From Mobula hypostoma (Eukaryota): 64,000 nucleotides of DNA. Position 1 is the first letter of the stretch; every line of letters starts with the position of its first letter. Below, in pieces: positions 1 to 12,090 of this stretch. Under the pieces are notes generated by a model. It made no database searches and was not told where the DNA came from. It saw nothing but the letters and a program-made list of their open reading frames with translations. A program made the position numbers and the translations under genes. Location of the stretch: positions 144,710,001 through 144,774,000 of the forward strand of contig NC_086097.1 of assembly GCF_963921235.1 (NCBI RefSeq), read 5' to 3'.

Positions 1-790
1 GAGTGAAGTTATCTCATCTTGTTCAAGATTCATGGTTGAGGGGTAATAACCGCTCCTGAACCTGATGGTGTGAGTCCTGAGGCTCCAGTATGTTTTTCCT
101 GATGGCAGAAGCAATAAGGGAGTGTGGGCTAGGTGGTGGATGTCCTGCTTTCCTGCAACTATACTCCGTGTAGATGTGCTCAATGGTGGAGAGCATTTTA
201 TCTGTGATGGACTGGACCACATCCACTACTTTTGTAGGATTTTCTGTTCAAGGGCATTGGTGTTTCCATACCAGGCCATGATGCAACCAGTCAATATACG
301 TACTCTCCACTGTGCATCTATGGAAGTTTGTCAAAGCTTAAGATGTCATTGCCATATCTTTGCAAAATTCTAAGGAAGTAGAGGCACTGCCATGGTTTAG
401 CACTTACGTGCTGGGCCCAGGCCAGATCCTCTGAAATGACAACACTGAGGAATTTAAAGTTGCTGATCCTCTCCACCCTTGATGCCATGATGAGGGCTGC
501 CTTGCGGACATCCGATTTCCTCCTCCTGAAGATAATAATCAGCTCCTTGGTCTTGCTGACATTGAGTGAGAGGTTAGTGTTCTGGCATCATTCAGTCAGA
601 TTTTCAGTCTCCCTCCTGTATGCTGATTCATCTCCACCTTTGATTCGGTCTACGACAGTCGTAGTGTTAACAAACTTAAATGTGGTATTGGTGCTGTGCC
701 TAGCAACTCAGTCTTAAGTGTAATGTGAGTAGAGCAGGGGGCTAAACACACAGCCTTGTGGTGCAGTTGTGCTGATAGAGATTGTGGAGG
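1..790 (-). mobile_element. Rex1/Babar-type non-LTR retrotransposon, 3' RT fragment (decayed)
   Basis: The minus strand reads CVARHSTNTTFKFV..TTVV.RIKGGDESAYRRE...WCQNTNLSLNVSKTKELII.FRR and ends in an FRSGYYPST-type C-terminus. The + ORF 436-717 is its antisense. Confidence 0.85.
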
Positions 791-1184
791 ACTGTGGAGT
801 TTGCTAGTGAAATCAAGCTACCACTTTGCTCTGTATCTGATAATTCATTTTGCATCTGTAATGATTTATGTCCGGATGTCCTATAAAATATTTGTATTTT
901 AGCCTAAGAGATGTGATTCATCCATGTAGCATTGCAGCACCTGTAAAAGTGATTGGGAGAGTACAACAGGGATCAAGTCCCTCAGTGTGTCCAACAAAAG
1001 GAGAATTGTTTACACCATGACTCACTGACCTGTTCACTCTGCTCCAGGCGTAGAAATTTCTAATCATGAGATTTATGGCACTGCTTATGGAATTGCCTTT
1101 GTTGTAGCTACCACAATTAAAGCACGTTGAGTGATAGAGTGACCAGGCTTTCTAATAATCTTCACTGCAGACTCTCACCATCTC

Positions 1185-1495
1185 TATGACTGACTTAGAT
1201 CATAGCGCACTTCAGCTAATCTAGTCCATGCCAAACACTGATTCTGCCAAGTTCCATTGACCTTCACCTGGACTTTGGCCTCCACACTCTTCCCATCCAT
1301 ATGCTTATGAAAATTTCTCTTAAATGTTGAAATTGAACCCGCATCCATCACTTCTGCTGGCAATAGCTCCACCCTCTCACCACCCTCTGAGTGAAGAAGT
1401 TCTTCCTCGGGTTCCCCTTGAATATTTCACCTTTCACCCATGACCTCTGGTTCTGGTCTCTTCAAATCTAAGTGGAAAAACTCTGCTTGCATTAA
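1185..1495 (-). mobile_element. CR1 LINE 3' fragment
   Basis: ORF 1184-1372(-) LPAEVMDAGSISTFKRNFHKHMD matches the CR1 ORF2 C-terminus (LP.EVV.A.S..TFK..LD..M). Confidence 0.85.
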
Positions 1496-4484
1496 CTTCT
1501 TCGTATCTTCCCCCTATTTTTGGACTTGGCATCATCAAGTCTTATGCTAACATATGATTTTCTTCCTCATATGGAAAGCTTAAAACAGTGATAGGAATTG
1601 AAAAGAAACTATTAGAAGAGGAAGTTGCCACACTGAATCAATGGGCGATGCATTACTTGCTGTGATAGTGAGCCAAAAGGCTAGTAAGGACCAGTATTTC
1701 ATTGCTGGTCTGTGCTGAGTTAGCTGCTTTCAGTGGGACCAACAGTAGAGGTGTTACAGTTGGCATTACTACACCAGACTGGAAAAAAGGAAAATAAATT
1801 TTGCAAGATTTCTTGTTCTTGATTTCTATCCAATGAGCTCCTTTTGAAAAGTGTGCATATGTGCTATGCCAAGGTGGTGAGGACCAAAATGGGTTCATAT
1901 GCATTGCCTCCTGTAGTTGAGTCGCTGTGAAGTTCAGTGCCTCAGCATATGCAAATAAGGTATGACCATCTGGGCAAAATCATCAAAGGAGCCCACTGAT
2001 GCCTCCAGAACTGCTGATTGATGGCTTTGAGGAGGGTGAGAGAGAAAACAAAAAAGAAAATGTGGGAAAAAGAACAATTGTTGGAGAAAAGACACCAGCT
2101 GGCACCATCCGGCTGACCCACAGATTTAACACAAGTTCCATGACTGGTTCAGCTAATTGTAACTTCCACATGCATAGAGCAAAATTCAAGGTGATGACAT
2201 CGGCTGAACACATGCCTCCTTTCACACTATTCGTAGAATTTGGTGAAAAGAAGTCCAAATACCTTTCTTCACTTGACTTTTGGCCAGGAACAAGAATGCA
2301 AGGAAGACAATATTGTTAAACACTTGTCACTTTATCTGCCGCTGTTTTGTATCATTCTTCTGTCAGCTATTTCTGCTTTGTTTCACCTGCTTTATTTCTA
2401 TGCTCTACTCTCCTTATCTTTGTCTATTAATCACATACAGGTAGGCAGTAAACAGCAAAAAAATATAAGCATTTGTCCACAGAACTAGAAAAATGAGAAA
2501 AACAATTCTGAAAATTCTTCCTGATGTCACTCCTGTTTCATGAACCAGAATATCCTTGGTTGAAAAACGGTGGAGTTGCACAGAATGTTTTCTGTCCTTA
2601 ATGGAATGTGGAGCAATTATAGTTTACTTCTTGCGAAAGCAAGAGAAAAAAATAATGACCAAGGGTAGCATAGAAGGAGAACAGACTCCTCCTTGCTTGT
2701 CAGCAGTCAAGTTTGAATGCAAAACGGCCAGGCACACAAGGAAATTTTATGGCAAGTCATGGCCTGTTTGGATCCACAGGCTGAAGAATACTATGCACTT
2801 TCCGTGCAAACCCCTTCCCTTGCAGCCTTCCCATGCCCTGTTTATTGAAGAGGCTGCATGCTAGAACACTCGTCAGACCAGCTTTATAGACACTACAAAC
2901 TTGCATACAACTGTTGTCAATGCATTTACTTGCAGCTGCTTGGAAGCTTTCACCTCCAGCTCCTCCAGTACTTTTGACACGCCACCAAACAAAAAAAAAT
3001 GACTTAAGCCAATTCAAACTGACATTGGATTACCACCTGCTTGGCCCATACGCTACTTGATTAGCCAGATGTTCCTGCTTGGCTGTAGGCCACAGTAATG
3101 AGTCTTGCTGTTAGTTACATAGCAGGAAGAAAACTCAGAGATGAAGGAACATATGGAACTGGGTGGCACAATATGTTCAATCTTTGTCTTTTCACCTCTC
3201 AGCGCAGGGCTTGAATCCAGACCAAACAGTTCAAACATAGCTCTCTCTTTCCCTCTCTCTTTTCCCAATGGCTGTCAAAAAACTTAACTCAATATTGTAA
3301 GTTTGTATAGTCTCATTCCACATCCCAAAGGAGATGATTCTACAGCACATGGCTGCCCTAAATCTGACATTATTTGGCTTTAACTCAGCAATATTACTTA
3401 GAAAGGTCATAAGGATAGAAAGTGTGGGAATTAGAAATATCAAAAAAGTGCAACAAGGCAAGTTTAGGCCATGATAGGGTTGAGACTAGAGTGCATATCA
3501 GCGGTAGATGGGCAGTGACATGTTACAGAACACACGAAATGGAAATTCATATGAATCCATTGGCTCAGGCAATTGCATTGATGTTTACCAGGCAGATAAT
3601 TATAGTGACTGAGTGCCAGAATTAGAGCTTTTTTGCAGAAGTATGCTTGTCTGATTTGGTTTTCTGAAATTTATCAATTTTCAAGAGGCCACCAGTTGAA
3701 AGATTGAATTCATGTTAGGTAATCTGCCAGGTCAGAAGGAAAGGGTGGCAAAGAAGTTAACATAATTGGTCCATTCTCTTTGAATCCCATGAACTAATTA
3801 GAAAACAGCATTGTTGGTAACTATTACACTGGCTATTCCTATCTCGAGAGAGGTAGGAAGAGTGATATTATCAATATTTGTTATTGTATAATAGATTACT
3901 TTCATAATAAAATGCTTTTTTCTACAGCACTGAAAATTTTGTTTTACTTAGTGACTTTAGGCTGCATGAAAATCTACGTAAGTTTTGATGTATAGTCAAT
4001 CATGTAGAAATAACGATACTCCAGCAACTTTGTACAAAGTGCAATGGGACATATAACCAAGTGATGACTGTTTATCAGGACACTGGGAAGAAATAAGAAA
4101 TTCTTCATTTTTTTTTAAATGGTCCCGCAGAAAGGGTGGAGAAGAAATGAATTTAATGTCTTGTTTGAGTTGAATAAGGTGACACTCCTATAATTACACT
4201 GAAATGGGGATTGCAAAATGCCCTCTTTTCTCATTGTCCAAAGATACTGTTTCTTAAAGGACTGGATGCTTTGTCCATCTAATCTACATAACTCAGCTCC
4301 CCAATGAGGTCAGGTAAACTATGCAAACCTAGGATATAGAAGGCGGCCCTTTGTCTCATTAGATCTATGACTATGTGGTAGGGAAATTCTCAGCAGCTTC
4401 TAGAGTAGATGGCATGGTCATCACAACAACAAGGGCCTGTACTGTGCTGTAGTATTCAATGTTCTATGCTCTATGTTCTAAGGT

Positions 4485-5050
4485 GACTACAGGAGTGAAA
4501 CCTGATGTAGTCTTCTGCTGCTGTAGCCATTTCTGTGCTATGCATTCAGAAATTCTCTTCTGTACACCATTGTTGGAATGTATGGTTATTTAAGCTACCA
4601 TTGCCTTCCTGTCAGCTTGAACCTATCTGGCCATTCTCCTCTGATGTATCTCTCTAAGAAGGCATTTTTGCCCACAGAACTGCCACTCACTGGATGTTTT
4701 TTTTTTGTTTCTTACACCATTCCTTGTAAACTCTAGAGACTGCTATGCACAAGAATCCTAGAAGTTCAGCAGTTTCTGAGATACTCAAATCACCCCATCT
4801 GGCGCCAACAATCATCCAAGATCAAAGTCACTTTTCTTCCCCATTCTGGATGATTTTATGTATTGAGTTGCTGCCATATGAGTTGAGTGGGCTGAGGAAC
4901 AGAAAAAAGGACCTGCCATGATTGAATGGGGGAGCAGACTCAAAGGGCCAAATGGCCTAATTCTGCTCCATGCCTGATGGTCTTATACGATTAGTTGATA
5001 AGATATAACGAGCAGATGTACAGGTGTAATAAAATGGCCACTGAGTGTAT
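4485..5050 (-). mobile_element. Tc1-derived non-autonomous DNA transposon remnant containing a CR1 3' tail (about 4885-4987)
   Basis: Ends in the TIR aaaatggccactgagtg-TA. The interior resembles the reverse complement of the element at 40356-41209. Confidence 0.7.
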
Positions 5051-5149
5051 GTCAAATCTCAGAGAAATTCTTTCAACCCTATTTCCTCACTTATTTTGTC
5101 GTTACCTGTTTTCTTACATATGGCTTTTAACGGGCCCACAATCTCTCAC

Positions 5150-5355
5150 CAGTCACCTACATTAGGATAATTCACAGTCGCCAATTAAACTACATACCGG
5201 CACATCTTTGGGATTTGGGAAGAGACTGGAGCAACTGGAGCAAACCCATGCAGTCAAAGGAAGAATGTACCTACTCTATACAGACAGCATCCAGGGTTAG
5301 AATTGAACAGGGGCCACTGGAGTTGTGAGACATCTGCGCGACCTGCAGTGCCACT
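5150..5355 (-). mobile_element. V-SINE (tRNA-derived SINE)
   Basis: The reverse complement resembles the copy at 40400-40690 (V-domain gcatgggtttgctcc...tcccaaagatgtgc...ttaattgg). Confidence 0.7.
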
Positions 5356-5742
5356 GGGTCACCCTTGGCACACTCCATTAACTGAGATCACTGGTGCTAA
5401 TATGAGGCCTGTTTATGTTGACAGTACAGGGCTATGCCTCCAGAGATCAAGCATGATATACTGTGAAGGAAAGTCATTATGTACTTGTTTCTTTTTCATA
5501 ATTTGGGACCAGCCGCTAAGTTCCAAAGGTGCACCTATAATGAAATATATTTGGTATAATTTGAATAGTTTGTGCGATTCATTTGAAAATAGTCTCATTC
5601 AATAGCCAGCTCCAGACATAAAGAATTCCTATTACATAGGTGCTTTGAGATATCCTTTTTTAATAATCTTAGCAGCTGATTGCTACAACATGAAGAAGAC
5701 GCAATGCCGGCCTTATTTCCAAAAGCACTAATAGATGTCATA

Positions 5743-6328
5743 AAGAAGAGAAAATCTGCAGATGCTGGAAATCTGAGCAACACACACAAAATGCTGGAGG
5801 AACTCAGCAGGCCAGGCAGCATCTATGTAAAAGAGTACAACTGATGTTTCGGGCTAAGACCCTTATGGAGAAAAAAATGTTGAGGAGTCAGGGCTAGAAG
5901 GTAGGGGGAGGGGAGGAAGAAACACAAGGTGATAGGTGAAACCGGGAAGGGGAGGGGTGAAGTAAAGAGCTGGGAAGTTGATTGGTGAAAGACATACAGG
6001 GCTGGAAAAGGGGGAATCTAATAGGAGAGGACAGAAGGCCATCGAAGAAAGAAAGAGGGGAAGGAGCACGAGACGGAGGCAATGGGCAGGCAAGGAGATA
6101 AGGTGAGAGAGGGAAAATGGGATGGGAAATAGAGAAGGAGGAGGGTGCCCATTAGCAGAAGTTTGAGAAATTGGTGTTCATGCCATCAGGTTGGGGGCTA
6201 CCCAGACAGAATACAAGGTGTCGCTCCTCCAACCTGAGTGTGGCCTCATCACAACAGTAGAGGAGGCCAAGGATAGATATGTCAGAATGGGAATGGGAAG
6301 TGGAATTAAAACAGGTAGCCACTGGGAG
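5743..6328 (-). mobile_element. Penelope-like element, 5'-truncated 3' end
   Basis: Contains the GIY-YIG C-terminal remnant (VATCFNSTSHSHSD...LRLEERHLVFCLGSPQPDGMN) and the terminal repeat. Candidate TSD atagatgtcata (5731-5742) / atagatgacata (6329-6340). Confidence 0.85.
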
Positions 6329-7018
6329 ATAGATGACATATCATGTTAGATGATTATTGTTAAAATCAACTGGAAAGTTAAAAAAAATAATTCCCTTATT
6401 CTGTGAAATGTTTTGATCTGAAGTGGCTGAAGGAATAGAGGAAACAAGTTTGAAATGAAACTTTCAATAGCAAATTGGTTACTTTATATACTTGAAAATG
6501 ACAATGTTCAGGGCTATACCGAAAGAGCAGAAGAGTGAACCTAACTAGGATACCTTTCCAAAGAAGCGGGGCAAATGCCATTGGTTAAGTAGCCTTTTAT
6601 TGTATGGATGGATAATTCTATTGATATACAGTGTGGTGCTAGAAAGTTTGTGAACTCTGTAGAATTTTTTCTATTTCTCCATAAATATGACCTAAAATAT
6701 GCTCAAATCTTCACCTAAGTTCTAAAACTAGATAAAGAGAACCCAATTAAATAAAGGACACAAAAGTCATTATACTTGTATCATTATACATCTGAAACTT
6801 AGTAGAAGTTGGATAATGCAACAAGCCAATGATCTGAAAAATACAAGTAAATCAACAACAGAATAGTTTAGGAAGAAGAAAATTGGTGTTTTGAAATAGC
6901 TGAATCAAGGTCCAGACCTTAATCCTATAGAAATGTTGTGGAACGACCCGAAGCAAGCAGTTCATGCAAAGAAACCCACCAACATCCCAGAGTTGAAGCA
7001 ATTTCATAACAAAGAATC

Positions 7019-7295
7019 GGATTGTGTGTTCTAAATTTTACTTCGGTACTGAGGTTTGCCTGCGTAACTCTGTCTCTCCGTGTCAAGATAAGTATTGTCT
7101 GCCGCCTGCTTTTCCTCCTGTTTGCCATCAAACTCCAGCAACGCTCCGTGTCAAGATAAGTATGGCCTGCCGCCTGCCTTTCCATTCACCCTCCTGTTTG
7201 CAGTTCAGCTCCAGCCACGCTCCCGTGCTCATCTGCATCCTAAATCTATCTTCGTGCCAGTGTCCTGTCTTTGGGTTCACCTGTTCTATGCAACA
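7019..7295 (+). repeat. 5' LTR (5'-truncated, with an internal tandem duplication)
   Basis: Aligns by eye to 11882-12090 and ends ctatgcaaca. Confidence 0.9.
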
Positions 7296-7311
7296 GAGCC
7301 ATCTGGCCACC

Positions 7312-8350
7312 ATGGACCCAGCAGACACAAACTCCATCCAACAAGCCCTCGCCAGCCAGGGTTCCCTACTGGGACAGCACGACCAACTCCTCCAGGAGGT
7401 CATGGGGAACTTCCGTTCCCTGTCTGCTCACGTCACGCAGATCGGTGACCAGGTGGACCATGTCTCTGCTCATGTCCCTCAATACACTCCTGGAACCCAG
7501 TCTAGCCAGCCCAGACAGCCAGTAGCGGTAACCCCCCTAGCTTCACCAACATCCTCGCCCAGAGAGCCTTCACGTACCAAAGCCAGAGCACTACACGGGA
7601 GATTTGGGGAAGTGTTGGGGTTTCCTCCTTCGGTGCTCCCTGGTGTTTGAACAGCAGTCGTTGACTTACTCCACAGATAAATCTATAATTGCTTATGTCA
7701 TGGGGTTGCTATGGAGGAGCACATTAGCGTGGGCCACAGTGGTTTGGGACAACCAACCAGATATCTGCTACTCTTTTGCTAGTTTCATCACAAAGATGAG
7801 AAAAATCTTTGATCACCCCGTCCATGGTAAAGACGCCGCCAAGCATCTACTCATTCTCCGCCAGGGCTCCTGCAGTGTTGCTGAATATTCAGTGGAGTTC
7901 CAGACATTGGCAACCGACTCAGGGTGGAACGATGAGTCACTCCAGGAGGTTTTTCGGAATGGACTCAGTGACCTGGTGAAGGACGAGTTGGCGGTGAGAC
8001 ACAACTCTGACAGCTGGATTCCCTGATCTCCCTGGCCACCAGGATGGACAATCACCTCCGAGAGCGCCATAGAGAGAGAACTGGTCGTCCAGCATCTTTG
8101 GCCACTTCTCGGCTCTTTTTACCGCCTCCCAGCAGAACAAGCCTCTCTCCTCCTCCTGCACTCTGAGTAGCTCCCAGCCCCGCCGTTTCCACCAGCCCAG
8201 GAGAGGAACCCATGCAGTTGGGACGGGTCCGCCTTTCTCCCACTGAACGACTCCGGAGAATGAAAGCGGGCGTGTGTCTATATTGCGGTCAGTCCAGCCA
8301 CGTCCTTACCATCTGCCCCCTTCGGCCAAAAAGGGAGGGTTCACCAGTAG
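7312..8350 (+). pseudogene. gag: gag (frameshifted), with a CCHC zinc knuckle
   Basis: MDPADTNSIQQAL..., GFLLRCSLVFEQQ...LRQGSCSVAEYSVEFQTLATDSGWND, EEPMQLG...[15 protein letters not shown], split over several frames. Confidence 0.9.
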
Positions 8351-11300
8351 CAGGGGGGACCAGGGTGAGCCAGACAACCTTCCCTTTCATCCCCCGACCC
8401 CGGATGCAGCTTCAAGCCACTCTGTGTCACAGCCAACGGTCCTTGCCTCTGCTATTGCCAGTGGACTCCGGCGCAGAGGGAAGCTTCATGGATGAAAACT
8501 TAGCCTTCCAAGCTGGTATTCTTTGTGAACATATGTGTACCCCCCTGGACAACCAGGCGCTAGACAGTAGACTCCTGGCCCGAGTCACGCTCTGCACGGA
8601 ACCCCTGCTTCTCCTTCTCTCCAGAAACCACTGGGAACAGGTACGATTTAATCTAATTTCCTCTCCTCAAGCCCCTTTAGTTCTCCGCCACCCTTGGCTA
8701 AGCCGTAATAACCCCCACATCAACTGGCCCCCCGGGAAGATAGTCAGCTGGAGCTCGTTCTGCCATTCCTCTCACCTGCAATCAGCTCTTCCCCCAGTAG
8801 CGGTCGCTGCGACCTCATCTGCCTCTGAGCCCCCTGACTTGTTCACGGTTCCTGTAGAATATCACAATCTTGGAGAGGTGTTTATTAAGCAACAGGCCCT
8901 TTCTCTGCCTCCACATTGCCCTTATGATTGCGCAATTGACCTTCTCCCCAGAGCCTCATTACCCACCAGTCGGCTGTATAACCTGTCCCGCCCGGAAAGA
9001 GAAGCTATAGAGATGTACGTAAATGACTCCTTCTCGGCTGGCATCATTCGACCCTCATCTTCCGCTGTAGGCGCTGGTTTCTTCTTCGTGGGGAAGAAAG
9101 ACGACTTGCTACGCCCATGTATCGACTACCGTGGCCTGAACAACATTACCATAAAGAATAAGTATGCCCTGCCCCTGATCAACCCAGCATTCGAGCCCCT
9201 TCACGGAGCCACAGTTTTCTCTATATTGGACTTGCAGAACGTCTATCACCTGGTCAGGATATGGGAGGGAGAGAATGGAAGACAGCCTTTAACACCCCCC
9301 TTGGTCATTTTGAATACCTGATGATGCCTTTCGGCCTGACCAACGCTCCCGCGGTGTTCCAGGCTCTGGTCAACGACGTTCTTAGGGACTTCATTAACCG
9401 ATCTGTTTTCATTTATCTGGACAATATCCTAATCTCCTCCCGTAATCTCCAGGAGCACACCTATCATGTCCGCCAGGTCTATCAGAGGTTTTTGGAGAAC
9501 AAGCTATTTGTTAAGGCCGAGAAGTGCAAATTCCATGCCCGTTCCATCACTTTCCGGGGGTACATCATTGAGAGCGGGCAGGTGAGGGCGGATCCCGAAA
9601 AGACCCAGGTGGTGGCAGAGTGGCCCAAACCCACGATGCTTAAACAACTCCAGCGATTTCTGGGATCCATCAATTTCTATCATCGCTTCATCAGGGACTA
9701 CAGCCGGGTGGCAGCACCCCTTACTCAACTCACCTCTCCTGTGACCCCCTTCCACTGGACTCCAGAAGCGGACTCAGCCTTCTCAGAGCTGAAGAGGCGT
9801 TCCACCTCCGCTCCCATCCTGGTCCAACCTGACCCCTCTCGCCAGTTCATAGTGGAAGTCAACACCTCCGACTCTGGGATGGGAGTGGTCCTCTCTCAAC
9901 GCTCTGTCCCAGACCAAAAGCTCCATCCTTGCTACTTCTTCTCTCATTGTCTATCCCCCGCTGAACGGAACTAAGACATAGGGAACCGGGAGTTGCTGGC
10001 CATCAAACTTGCCTTGGAGGAGTGGAGGCACTGGCTGGAGGAAGCAGAACACCCATTCATTGTTTGGACAGACCATAAGAACCTGGCATACATCCAGACA
10101 GCTAAACGCCTTAACTCCCGTCAAGCCCGTTGGGCACTGTTTTTTGGCCGCTTCAATTTCACCCTCATCTACCGTCCTGGTTCCAAAAACGTGAAGCCTG
10201 ATGGTCTCTCTCGTCATAATGTCTCTGAGGAGGACCCTTCCAATCCTGCTACCATCCTTTCACCATCCTGTGTTGTGGCTGCCCTCACCTGGGAGATCAA
10301 GTCTGTAGTTAAAGAGGCCCAACGGACTCAACCTGACCCAGGCGATGGCCCTCCCCAATCGTCTCTTCGTGCCTGATGCTGTCCTTTCTCAGGTTCTCCA
10401 GCGAGGGCACACTTCCCTACCTGCCATCCTGGGAATCGGTCGAACCCTGTCCCTTTTGAAATGATATTTCTGGTGGCCCACCATGGACTCTAACACTCGT
10501 TCCTTTGTCTCCACCTGTTCTGTTTGTGCCCACGGAAAAGCCTCCCATTGACCACCTGCTGGGCTGCTTCATCCCCTACCTGTCCCTGGCCGCCCTTGGT
10601 CCCACATTGTTCTGGATTTCGTTACTGGACTACCCCCTTCACATGGTAACACTGCTGTGCTCACCATGGTGGACCGTTTTACCAAAGCCTTGCACTTCAT
10701 AGCCCTTCCCAAACTCCCTACTGCCCGTGAGACTGCCGACCTCTTTGTCCGACATGTCTTCCGCCTTCATGGAATTCCCTCTGACATTGTTTCCGACCGG
10801 GGCCCCCAATTCATTTCTCAAGTCTGGAAATCCTTCTGTCAAGCCCTTGGGGCTTCAGTAAGTCTGTCTTCCAGTTTCCATCCACAGACTAACAGTCAGA
10901 CGGAGTGAGCAAGTCAGGATTTGGAAGCAGCACTGCTCTGCATTTCCGCCAGTAACCCGTCATCCTGGAGCACACATCTCATTTGGATTGAGTACGCACA
11001 CAACTCCCTGGTCAGCACTGTCACCGGTATGTCCCCTTTCGAATGTTCCCTAGGCTATCAGCCCCCTCTGTTTCCTGCCCACGAAGACAACATCGCTGTG
11101 CCTTCAGTTCAGGCCCATCTCCGCCGGTGCCGCAGGTCTGGAAGGATGCACGCTCGGCCCTGCTCCTCCCCACTGACCGCAAAAGGCATATTGCTGATCA
11201 CCACCAGATTCCAGCACCCAGCTATCAGCCTGGTCAGAGGGTTTGGCTCTGTTCGAAAGACATCCCCCTCAAAACTGAATCCAAGAAACTCACCCCTCAT

Positions 11301-11640
11301 TACATCGGACCATTCGAAATCGAGAGCATCATCAACCCCTCCGCGGTCAAACTCAAGCTACCCAGATCCATGCGCATTCATCCCACGTTCCACCTCTCCC
11401 AACTGAAACCTCTGTCTGTCAGCCCTTTGTGCCCTCCTGCCTAACCTCCTCCATCAGCCCGGGTCATCGACAAGCACCCAGCTTACACCATCTGGTGAAT
11501 ACGGGATGTGCGCTACTGAGACAGGGGCTTCCAGTACCTCGTCGATTGGGAGGGATATGGTCCTGAGGAGTGCACCTGGATCCCTGCTCCTTCATCTTAG
11601 ACCCCTCTCTCATCCGAGACTTCCATCGCGACAATCCAGG
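8351..11640 (+). pseudogene. pol: pol (protease, RT, RNase H, integrase, chromodomain), with frameshifts and stops
   Basis: [37 protein letters not shown] (for YLDD); [35 protein letters not shown] motif; chromodomain [17 protein letters not shown] at about 11530-11580. Confidence 0.92.
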
Positions 11641-11693
11641 CAAGCCTGGTGGTTCACCTGGAGACTCCCATTAAGGGTGGGGTGGCGCGGTAC

Positions 11694-12090
11694 TGTCACG
11701 GTCCCGACTGTTAATTCCTGATATGTTCTCCTAATTCCCTTTTCCCGTGTTCTCCGGTGCTCCTTGATTGCAACGCCTGATTCTCATCTAAACCAGCAGC
11801 ATAAAAACCCCATCTTTGCATCCACTCGTTGTCAGATCGTTGTTTTCAGCCAGTCTGGTAATTCACGTTCCCGACCTCTTAGGATTGTGTATTCTAAGTT
11901 TTACTTCAGTACTGAGGTTTGCCTGTGTAACTCTGTCTCTCCGTGTCAAGGTAAGTATTGCCTGCCGCCTACCTTTCCGTTCACCCTCCTGTTTGCCGTT
12001 CAGCTGCAGCCACACTCTCGCCCTTGTCTGCATCCTAACTCTATCTCCATGCCAGTGTCCTGCATTTGGGTTCACCCATTCTATGCAACA
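11694..12090 (+). repeat. 3' LTR (397 bp)
   Basis: Starts tgtcacg after the purine tract, ends gcaaca, and has a TATA-like cataaaa at 11800-11806. Confidence 0.9.

Larger units (their letters stand above)
7019..12090 (+). mobile_element. Gypsy LTR retrotransposon, Tf1/sushi (chromovirus) type, near full length but decayed
   Basis: Partial 5' LTR 7019-7295, 3' LTR 11694-12090 (TG...CA), purine-rich tract about 11673-11690, and gag-PR-RT-RH-IN-chromodomain order. Confidence 0.95.

Noticed and set aside
1999..2319. 106-aa ORF (and neighbouring ORFs 2556-2864, 3053-3461) as a host gene
   Set aside because: No recognisable domain, no convincing splice structure, and lengths compatible with chance.
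5836..5870. Additional functional hammerheads (also about 38720-38760, 40210-40247, 55396-55425)
   Set aside because: The CUGANGA and/or GAAA core is mutated or deleted in each copy.
7312..11640. Domesticated sushi-derived gene (PEG10/RTL-like)
   Set aside because: LTRs are retained and gag/pol carry multiple frameshifts, stops and a YLDN active-site change, which fits a decaying transposon.
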